From positions 496,001-560,000 of the forward strand of contig CM039002.1 of assembly GCA_017499595.2 (NCBI GenBank): DNA of 64,000 nucleotides. Direction: 5' to 3'. Of this stretch, positions 53,994 to 64,000 are shown piece by piece. Below the pieces are notes generated by a model that worked only from the letters and a program-made list of their open reading frames with translations, was not told the DNA's origin and searched no databases. Position 1 is the first letter of the stretch. The number at the start of each line of letters is the position of its first letter. This DNA is from Psilocybe cubensis. Lineage: Eukaryota. A program made the translations under genes and the position numbers.

Positions 53994-56900
53994 ATGTCGT
54001 CCGGCGAAGACGAGTTCAACGAAGGCGAGACGTCCTCGGGCGTTTTTCAAAGTTTGAAAAAACGAAGGATACAACGGGCTTGTGACATTTGTAGGAGGAA
54101 GAAAAGTGCGTCTCGGCTATATTTGTGGAAATGATTCATGACACTCATATACTATGTGATATCTAGTCAGATGTCAGTCTGTGGTTCTGCGACTCCTCTC
54201 CAAGTCATACTCATACCTTCATAGGCGATGGTGTGCAGATGCCCGGAAATCGGTGTTCCAATTGTGTCGCTTACAGCTTTAATTGCACCTATATTGAGGC
54301 CGCAAAAGTACGCCATATTCCCCATTCTCATCGTTATTTTGATTTTAACCATGATGCCAGAAACGTGGGCCGCCCAAAGGGTACGCTCTTTCTCACTCAA
54401 CTACCTCAATATCCTTCTGACGAGATCTGCAGTTATGTCGAGAGTCTTGAAAATCGGGTGGAGCGGTTGGACAAACTTCTTCGGCGGGTGTGTAATTTGT
54501 TCGTTCAAGGGGATTTTACTAAACTTACGCGAATGTTTGCTAGCTATGTCCGGACGAGAAGTCTTACAAGGAATTAATGTCTACATTAGACCACTGGGCG
54601 CCCGATAAACCACCAGAAGACCCAAGTTCTATTGTTGGATTTCCAGTGAATCCAAAAAAGCCGCCTCCAGGTGCCCCAACGCCTCTCGAGAGCGTCACAT
54701 CCGCCATTCGTGGTGTTAACAGCACTCCTCAGACCCCTCAGGAAATGGCACACGACGACGACGACGCAGGATTGTTACTTATTGACAATTTCAAGCGAAT
54801 GAACCTGGCCCCAACAGAATACCGCTTCTTTGGAAAGTCCAGTGGTGCAATGCTCATAAGTAAAGCTATTGAGCTGAAGAAGGAGTACACCGGAAAGGAA
54901 CCCGGTTTCTTGAAGTTCAGCTCATTAAAACAGCAGAGAAAAGATGAATTTTGGACGTCGCGACCTGTGAGAATTTAATCAATTTAATTTTTCTCGTTAC
55001 TCAAATTGTAATTATTTTGCAGTGGGAACACGGCATGGATACTGTTCCAGAAGTCGAGTACGAATTTCCCGAACCCGATCTCGCTGCCCATGTCGTAGAT
55101 CTTTACTTTGAGCATGTAAACCTTTATTTGCCTCTTCTCCATCGGCCTACCTTCCAAAGATCCATCGACGAAGGCTTGCACTTGAGAGATCACAGATTTG
55201 CTCGTGTTTATTTACTTACTTGTGCGGTCGGTGCCCGATACTCTTCAGATCCTAGGGTTAGATTGGATGGCATCGAATCTCTACATTCCTCAGGGTGGAA
55301 ATGGTTCGACCAGGTGCAAATGTTGAAGCCAGCATTGCTATCTCCTCCAAACTTATACGATCTACAAACATATTGTGTAGGCCAATTATTGATATCTTGT
55401 ATGCTCTTTCTGCTGACATCTCTTTGACAGCTCGCCGGCCAATTTTTGCAAGGATCGTCAGCACCACAGTCATGTTGGACGATCGTCGGTATTGGAATAC
55501 GGCTGGCACAAGATGTCGGAGCTCATCGGCGAAAGATACCTGGTCATTCAATGACAACTCAGGACGAGTTGTGGACCAGAGCCTTCTGGTAATTTGGAAA
55601 TCCTAATTGTTCTAAACATTATTCAACAATGCTCACTTGCTTATAGGGTTCTTGTGTGTATGGATAGAATGGTCAGTTCCTCTCTAGGTCGACCATGTGC
55701 TATTCAGGACGAAGAGTGCGTAATTCGAATAATAATTTCGAATTTTCATGTGCCAACAAAATGGATCTAGTTTCGATTTAGATTTACCTATTGATTGTGA
55801 TGATGAATACTGGGAAAACGAAGATCCTCTCCAAAGGTTTAAACAACCTCCTGGTAAACCATCTCTTGTCAGCGCGTTCATAATGTACCTTAAACTTCAT
55901 CAAATTCTGGCGTTCTCGCTGCGGACCATTGTATGTGTGCTCATCCCTTTTCGGTTCGCAAACATTGACCCTGTTGCCAATATTTAGTATTCAATCAATA
56001 AATCGAAAATTTTGCTGGGATTCGTAGGTCAACAATGGGAACAACACATTGTTGCAGAGCTGGATTCCGCGCTGAACAAATGGGTAGACAGCGTTCCTGA
56101 TCACTGTAAGTTTCCGTGTCTGCTAGTGTTATTTGCTCTATTTTGGCTCAACCTAGGTTACAGTGCGATGGGACCCCAATCGTGAAGACGAACGCTTTTT
56201 TAACCAATCCGTCACATTGTATGCCGCATATTACCACATCCAAATTCTCATCCATCGCCCCTTCATCCCATCGCCCAGCAAGCCCTCTCCGCTATCTTTT
56301 CCATCTCTCGCTATATGTACAAATGCCGCTCGATCATGCAGCCACGTGGTTTTTATACAGAAGAAGCGAAATCCGTTGACGATACCCCAGATACAAGTAT
56401 GTTTTCACGTCCACAGCTCCTAGTTGAAGTTTAACTAATCATGGCGTTGTAGATGTCCGTTTTTACCTCTGGCGTCGTTCTACTCTTGAGTATATGGGGT
56501 GGCAAAAGATCTGGACTTTCAACGGATCCGAATAAGGAGATGGAGGACGTCCACAAATGCATGGAGGTTTTGAGGAATTCGGAAGACCGTTGGCATTCGG
56601 CAGGGCGACTTTGGTCAGTACTTGGCACACATAGAGTGAACTTCGCTTACATCGATCTCTGTAATGATCAGGGATATCCTCTACGAACTCGCATCAGTGG
56701 GCGATTTGCCTCTCCCTCAACATAGCCCATCCAGTAACAACAAACGAGAGAGAGATTCCGACGATCCAATAGGGGCCTCTGACAGCCAGCAAAGCGACTC
56801 GGACAACTCTGGTGAACCCATCGCGTTTGGGACCGATGAATTCATCATCTCTAGCCTACCCTTCGGAAACAACAACAGCAGCAGCAATCGTAACATTGCC

Positions 56901-57934
56901 GGATCGCGAAGAGTAGAATCGTCAATACGCTCTGCACAAGCTTTGCAGTCCGAAATGCACCAACAAGGTTTTACCCCTAGCTCATCGCCTACCCATCAAC
57001 GTTCTCTGGCTCATAGATCGTCTCAATCGCGCATGCAACTCCAACATGAGAGGTCTTTGGTATCATCGATCAACCAAAACCAAGTTCAATCTCGTTCTCC
57101 GGTGGAATTTGCACTGCCGTTATACAGCAATGAACTTGGGCGCATTCCTCTGCACGGCCAAGTTACCTTCTCGGATCAGGTTACAACGCACCCTCCTCTG
57201 ACTCAGCAACCTCAGCAACACCATACAAACTACTGGTATGGAGACTCCACAGGTGGTGGTAATAGCAATAGCGCATCTTTGCTGTCAGGAAATATTAGTG
57301 GTAGCTCCTCAACGCTCGCGATGCCCTATAGGCCTGTTGGAGAAATGAGTACGATGACTCAAGATTTTGGGATGGATGCCACGTCGATGGCTGCAGGAAC
57401 GATGTTTGATACCATGTCGGGTGCCTTGGCGTTTTCTCATCAGGCTCAATTCGGGATGGGGTCTGGCAGTTCTTCGAACACGATTTCACCTGCGGCGTCT
57501 GCACAGTCTTTGAGATCATCTATAGGGAATGATATTGGAACGCAAGGAGCACTTGGATCGATGAATCCTCACAATCTTTTATCACAACACTACCCACAGC
57601 AGCATACAGGCAACGTTGGAGTCGCGCAGCCAGACCCAGCTTCGTATCAATTTGTCGACAGCGATATCATGGCGATGTGGTCAAATGCACCAAGCGGGTT
57701 CGAGTAAGTGATTGTTGATTCTAGCCCCCTTTCTTTACTCCTCTCATTTAAAAGTATTTGTTTTGCCTGGTTCCGTTTTGACTAATCCATAATTCGTTTC
57801 CGCCCCGTTCTTTCAGGTTGGATGAGTGGGGGACGTACCTTACGAACGTCAGCGAGCTTACGCAGAACGGTCATGGGCAGTCTTCGGGATCGGCGTCCGC
57901 TGGTGGTATGCATCAGTCTGGGTCCCTTTCTTGA
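53994..57934 (+). CDS. Zn(II)2Cys6 fungal transcription factor with fungal-specific TF (middle homology) domain
   Basis: KKRRIQRACDICRRKKI|RC|DGVQMPGNRCSNCVAYSFNCTY assembled across introns. FFGKSSG, LPLLHRPTF, GIRLAQDVGAHR, LGRP, DLPIDCDDEYW, WSNAPSGFELDEWGTYL. TATA-like element near 53895. Confidence 0.93.
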
Positions 57935-58628
57935 CCACCGTTCGTGTTCTAAATCTAGAAGGCGTCGACGATCACTTGCGCCGACCCTCGGCTGGGACTT
58001 CAAGCTTCAAGCTTCAGTAGGCTTCAGTTCATGGACATCATATCTCGTTCTCCTTTTATCTCCCTCTTCCGCATATAGCCATCAATCACCCCCACTCCTT
58101 CAAATTTCGAAGTCCAATCTTAGACTCTATTTATTACCAGCAATATCGTACTATCCATTTTCGGCATCTTTCATTACCTTACGCGTTTTGTAGCTTTAGT
58201 TTCCTTTCACTCGGTGTGCTTTCGTGTTGTTTTTTTCTGCCGTCACTGTTCACTTACCTAGCACCATTGTATACCTACTCGTTATTTATGAAAACGTATT
58301 TCATGCTCATCTTACAGTTAGTCATCTCACCTATTCTACTTACTCTGTTTCTTTTGGCCAATCTAGGTCCATTCCGTGAACGTTCAGCTGTCGATACCCA
58401 ATTCCAAGTGAAAAATAATGAGACGGGTGCTGAAATTACTCAAGGAGTCAAGTTAAAAAATTCAGACTAGTTTTCGATGGATATTCGAGTCTAAATTGTC
58501 TAATATAATAGTAAGAACAAATCAATAGCAACCAAAGCAAATGTAAGCAAAAGAAGAAAGAGGTCTGTAAAATACTGTGGCGTTACATATTATACTTGTA
58601 CAAGAACATTCAATCGAAGGACGAAATG

Positions 58629-59837
58629 TCAGAGGGTCCTGTTATCCCGTAGGAACCATTTGCCCAGCAAAGAAGGTTTATAGTCGAAGAAGGTGCCCAG
58701 GCAGCGGTAGGAATAATGGTTTATGGGGCCGATCACATCGAGATGTGTTAACGATTCCCAATTAACCTGTAGAAACGGTATATATTCCTGTATAGAATCT
58801 GGGAAATGGCTCCAGGGCGAAAACTGAAGATGCAGAGATTGCAGATTCGGGGTAGACACGCTGCTGAAAAACTGACGAAGGTCTAGAGTAGATGATATCT
58901 TTAAATGTTTTAGCGATGGATGGGACACAATATCAGAGGTACTAGAGTCGGCATCGGTGGCAATCCATTGACCAAAATGTCCCCCAAAATGATTATGTTC
59001 ATGGAGATTGGGGTAAATAGTAGAATCCGGGTTGTGCCTAAGCTGGTCAATCTCGCAAGAAGTCAATACCGGACAGCGTCGAAGGATTTCTACCATATCT
59101 CCAGGTTGTAGATTGCAGTCAACTAGACGCAACTCCGCAAGCCGAGGAAACATAACCTCGGTCGTCCGACCACGCAAAATATCCCCAAATGTCCGATATT
59201 GCGGCCGTGCAAAAAGAAAATAAGGGTAGGATCCTTTCCAGGTCAACTTTTGAAGGTTCGACAACCGATATAGATCCAAAGAAGGCTGATCCACGGCCTC
59301 GACGATGTCTGTAGGGGTGTGAGATTTGACGACTTCGACATTCAATTCTAGACCTGGAGTTCTCGATGCCGATGTCCCGCAGGTGCTGTATGGAGGTGAA
59401 AGTGCGTTGACAACTTCGCGTAAACTGTCCAACGTCGCCTTGGACCGGCAGTGCCACAGTAGGTCGACCTTGAAGGTTTTCGAGTTGTACATAACGGACT
59501 GGGTGCGCAGGGCTTGCCCGCATGATTGGTTCAGGTAGGCCTTCCACTGAGGGCCGTGCTGTGCTCCGCCGATTTCGATGTGCGTATGATGGAGGGTGTC
59601 ACTCTTGCGCGGTCGGGTGAAAGATGTTCGAATATTTGCAGTTGGATCTGGCTCATTTGTTGGCAGCCAGTGCTCTGCAGTGAAGGAGAAGATGAGGAGA
59701 ATTGATAGAAAGTTTGGTACAGCGGTTGGATAAACGAAACAGCACAGTGCGACCATCAGGATGATCTCGGGAAGGGTGAATGCGAACAACTCCAAGATAT
59801 GTAAGGTATTTGGTCGAGTTGATGGTTTTAAAGGCAT
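58629..59837 (-). CDS. Intronless 402-aa protein with hydrophobic N-terminus and degenerate LRR/RNI-like repeats
   Basis: LSNLQKLTW, FPRLAELRL, CPVLTSCEI, HPSLKHLKI, TPNLQSLHL, WESLTHLDV repeats, as seen in fungal F-box/LRR-type proteins. No F-box evident. Confidence 0.65.
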   Translation of the reverse strand: MPLKPSTRPNTLHILELFAFTLPEIILMVALCCFVYPTAVPNFLSILLIFSFTAEHWLPTNEPDPTANIRTSFTRPRKSDTLHHTHIEIGGAQHGPQWKAYLNQSCGQALRTQSVMYNSKTFKVDLLWHCRSKATLDSLREVVNALSPPYSTCGTSASRTPGLELNVEVVKSHTPTDIVEAVDQPSLDLYRLSNLQKLTWKGSYPYFLFARPQYRTFGDILRGRTTEVMFPRLAELRLVDCNLQPGDMVEILRRCPVLTSCEIDQLRHNPDSTIYPNLHEHNHFGGHFGQWIATDADSSTSDIVSHPSLKHLKISSTLDLRQFFSSVSTPNLQSLHLQFSPWSHFPDSIQEYIPFLQVNWESLTHLDVIGPINHYSYRCLGTFFDYKPSLLGKWFLRDNRTL

Positions 59838-60523
59838 GATTTCGTTACGTTTTTGTTGAAGATGTTCTGAGAGTAGAATGTTGAAGTCGTATGCAGGGCG
59901 CTGAACGAGGTGTTCGTATTTTCTGGGATCGAGAACGAAGTGAGAGATGATGTATGTTTTTAAGAATACTTTTGATGATAATGCAGAATACTTTTGAAGA
60001 ATCTTGCCTAGTTACAAGAATTAGGGGACAAAGGTTTCTCCTTGAGATAGTGTACGACAAGGGCGGTAATGATGGACTCCGTAAAAGCTAAAAAGGTTCC
60101 GTACAGTCAACAAACACCATATTCACTCTATTCCGAAGACATGACCAGCTACCTTTGTCATTCCAGCGGCTTATGGAGTCGTCTTGAATTTCTTTTACTG
60201 CTATGGTTACGGCCGTGTGGTATTATTGAAACGACTTGTTGTGTCGCATAGTTTGAGATATGACGAGGTGATTGCCACGCGGAAAAGCGTCAATTCTTCT
60301 ATCAAGTTAGAAAACAGAGAGAGAGCAGGAAGACATGACATTTTCTAAGTCAATTCGTACAGAAATACATGTCTGTCAATTCTCTGTATAAAAAGGACAT
60401 CAATACAGCTACAAAAAGCGCCATGCCTTTGTTATATATGAAGGAAATACTTACACTGGTTCACCGGCAAAAAGTACACGACCTTTATTCTCCTTGCCCT
60501 TTGAGTAACATATAATAGCACCG

Positions 60524-61594
60524 TTAATCTTGCAACAAAGGTTTCACAGGCGTGATCCCGAAGGTGGTCCAAAATTCCCTCGAATCCAAAGCACGACCCA
60601 GTTGTTGAACATCGCGAGGCAATGCCCGGACCCCATATTCATCCATCAACTCTCGAACCCATGCAGCTTGAGGGCCTTTGTCTGTATCTGCTAATGAGGA
60701 TTGAACAGGCGGAGTGCCCCATGCTGATGCAAGGTCCCACCAGTCATAGACACGGTTATCGGTGAGCAACCATCTTTGTCCTTTGGCCTTCCCAAAGTCC
60801 CCACAAACTGCAAGCACTGCTCGCGCAACGTCTATCCCATGTATTACATGAAGACTGCCCTGGAAGTGACCGCAAACATTGAATGAAATGAGCATTTCTG
60901 AAGTTGTAACGATGCGCATAACCGGCAGCAGGTTGAAAGAGTTCTTACTTTGTTCTTGAGCCCTTCCTTTGTTCCCGCAACTCTACCAACCCAGTTCTTT
61001 GGCGACCGTGCCCCTCCCCATAGACCAGCAAGGTTCAACACGGTAGTAGGGAAATCCCCATTTAATGCAAGCAATTCGTTTTCGGCTTCAGCTCTTGGTG
61101 TCGAGGTAATCCCTGAGTGGCGGTCGTACCATAAATCTTGAATGGTTTGAGGTTTTTCGAGATTCAAACGAGCAGCCTGTGAGATCAAAAGAATAGAAAA
61201 CGCATAAATGCGTTAATCAGTAACACCCAGCGCATTTAAGCATCTGGATACTCACATCCCATATGCCAGTCGTTCCGAATTGTATAAACTTCGTTGCCGC
61301 GTCGCTATGATTAGCATCTCCTTCCGACGGGTGCGTCTGCGCATAGAGTCTAACAAGTCGTTCGGATGCGCCTTTTACGACAATGGGGAATGTTATGAGA
61401 ACCACGCGAGCTTGAGGAAGGGCATAATATGGCTCGGGATTGTTGGAGTCAGGGTCAAAATCGAATTTGATAGTAGAATCCCTTCCGGATCGAGTTGTCG
61501 CTGCGTAGGTTATGCCCCGTTCGTCACAGATTGGCCTCAGAAATTGCGACGACCAACCAGCACCGAGTATTAAGATGTCGACAACCATGCGCAT
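60524..61594 (-). CDS. Atypical SDR / NAD(P)-binding Rossmann-fold protein (YeeZ-like)
   Basis: ILILGAGW nucleotide-binding start, ATTRSG, FIQFGTTGIW, WYDRHS, LAGLWGG, LHVIHGIDVARA. Two introns (~61195-61255 and ~60865-60948). Confidence 0.8.
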
Positions 61595-62129
61595 ATCTTC
61601 CAGCGCGGGTTGTGTAGGCGTGCGGAATGAGTCGAGTCCGTCCCAATATTTGATTCATCTGAAAGATTCTGAATCGTACAGTAGTCGTGACCTATTTTGT
61701 ACATAGCAATCCCGATCCTCTACTAAGAAACAGACTTACCATTCACTGTCCGCCGGTTTATGGGTATTAAATGTGTACGACACAAAGTCACACACATCTT
61801 AGCTACTCGTATAAGACCTATTTACCTTGCGACAGTTACATGGTTGATATGTTCCGAGAGTGCTGACCCAAATCATCAACATTCCATCGGCAAGATATAT
61901 ATCATTGCAAGCATAACTGGGTCACAATTTTACAAACGAAATCCAATAACCACAGATGGAAACAGTGGTGTTTAATAGCAAGTGTTGTATAGTAATTCGA
62001 ATGTCAGACTGTGATAAGTAAAGGGACATAAAAAATCAGAATGAAAGTCCAATGGGGTCGTTAGTGAAGAGTCCTTTTTCTTTCCTTGAATTTGTGAAAA
62101 CATAGAACATTATCGAATGCGCAGAAGGA

Positions 62130-63607
62130 CTAGCAATGCCAAGTGCTCTGCACAATGAATCAGTACATTGCACACGTTTACGAAAGTAAAGCAGCCAGCT
62201 TACATCGCGAACCCCCGGAGTAGTCACACTCTGGTATGCGGGCAAGCCCGTGCATTCTGCCAAACTGACGAGTTTATATCCCGCTTTCTGTAGTTGTTGA
62301 ATGGCGAACGGAAGGACTTGGTGCCTAAAGCATCGTGTAAAAAAATCGGATATGGGGGACAATTTTAAGACAAAGTATACTCACGCAGTGGTTTCTGGAT
62401 TAATAAAACAAATCGAGTGAGATTCGAGTAACACAGTCGATGCCAGAATCACGCACCTTCTGTTTCGTGATTAAGTGCGACAATGGTGCTGGGATGCCTC
62501 GCGATGAGTTGAGTATATGCGGCTTCACTTTGAGCAGGTGTGGAGCCTGTTGAGTCACCAGAGCTGCGAAATGACAAAAGCAGTTAGCTCGCCACTCCTG
62601 AGGTGATAAAGAGGAAATATGTTCCACTAACTCGAAGTCCCACAATGCGAGTACCTGTCCTCGGATGGCCGCAGCTTGTCGAACTAAGTCGTTGTAACTG
62701 CCGTAAGCTAGATAGTTACTGTTAATAACGAGTCTGAGAATGGTATACATATCAACTAACGTGGTCTCATAAAAGCTGGAACCACTCCAATAATCTTTGT
62801 GAGAGCTTCTGCAAAGACCGAAATGAATATGTATCAGACAGGATCATTCAAGATTGTGTCGGAAAGAATATGATAAGATTTCATTTACTCACGCTCAACT
62901 TTCCACATCTCGTCATGTACTATATAGAAATGTAAATCGAGGGTATGAGATACGAAATGTTACAACTCACTGTCGTCCCAAGACAACGTTGAAAGATCTT
63001 TGTGGCTCCAGGTATGGGAGGAAACCTGGTGTCCATGCTGATATGCGTACTGTACGCGTTTCACCGAGTCTGCGTCGTATATGCAGGCATCTTTATACCA
63101 TACGTTAGTATAACAGGCAAATAAAATGGCAAGTATTCAAGAGGATGCCAAGAAGAAAGGAATGGACACTGACAGTTATTGCCATCTATTATAACGAAAT
63201 GGTGTTAACAGGAGTAATCAGCACCCGGAGATTAAACGGCTTAGGATTCAAGTGAAATGGCACGACAACTTACTGAAGAAGAAAGTACCAGTTGCGTTGG
63301 CAGCGACAAGAGCTTTGCTGACATCATAACTGCACGGTGGATAAGAGTCAATCGGGAAGCGGAGACAATAGTAACAACACATACAGGTAGACCCAAGGTC
63401 CATCGTCCTAGATAGAATTTGGATCAAAAAGGTGAATCAACAGAAAAACAATACATCGAGGTGAAGCCTCACAAAGGTCAACGCGACGTTGTTGGGCTTC
63501 GTGCAAGTCGTCACGACCCTTGCCAGAGCCTGTCGCTTCTCAACGACAGGTGTCGAGCAGACAAGTGCAGGAAGCACCACGGCCAGAACAAAATTTAAAG
63601 AACGCAT
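62130..63607 (-). CDS. Secreted carbohydrate esterase family 4 (chitin/polysaccharide deacetylase)
   Basis: Signal peptide MRSLNFVLAVVLPALVCS; VALTF|DDGP; GHQVSSHTWSHKDL (metal-binding histidines); AFMRP..YGSYN; ALNHET; GYKLVSLAEC. Many short introns. Confidence 0.92.
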
Positions 63608-64000
63608 CGTTGTTTGTAGTAGGTTAGGAGAGTAAAAGACGGACAGTTTTCAAGGAAAGGGCCTTGAGCTTTTATAGTGTCGGATTCCTAATGCCAATGT
63701 GAAGTTGCCGTCATTCCATCTAGTTCCATCCCGCCAGACAGTCTCCCGAAAGCGACGGTAAATGACTCCTGACATGAAGTCTTCACCATTATTAGAAGAT
63801 ACAATCCGACAGTGCAGCTCGGACGAGACACAATTGTCGAGATTACGCCTAGTGCTTGAGGCCGCGTCCGTGTATTTTCGTCATAGCGAGGAGCATGATC
63901 CTTTGTTGCTGACCAGAGGGTTGAAGAGCGTTCATATTGGCCAAAAATAACCTTTTCTATTCGGTTTCGACTTGGCCAGCGATAGACTCGGAAGAAATAT

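Overview
Eukaryotic, intron-rich DNA, very probably from a mushroom-forming basidiomycete (short GT-AG introns, KDZ/CxC2 transposase, Zn2Cys6 factor, CE4 deacetylase). The first ~25.4 kb is a nest of decaying transposons. The outer layer is a CxC2-KDZ transposase region with passenger genes. It holds a 450-bp solo LTR (5-bp TSD) and an 11-kb hAT element (8-bp TSD). Inside the hAT sits a 4.4-kb TIR element with a 7-bp TSD and an intronless ~1000-codon DDE-like ORF that I cannot assign confidently to a known family. That element landed on a splice donor and recreates it. From 25.7 to 32.8 kb lie two tandem, mosaic copies of a Crinkler-type gene (Ubl-like header + P-loop NTPase + PD-(D/E)XK-like nuclease), delimited by an 8-bp direct repeat at all three junctions. 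The rest is gene-poor sequence with a hAT-type MITE, then apparent host genes: an Sfp1-like zinc-finger factor, a Zn2Cys6 factor, an LRR-like protein, an atypical SDR and a CE4 deacetylase. Family calls are from motif recognition by eye; no database searches were run.
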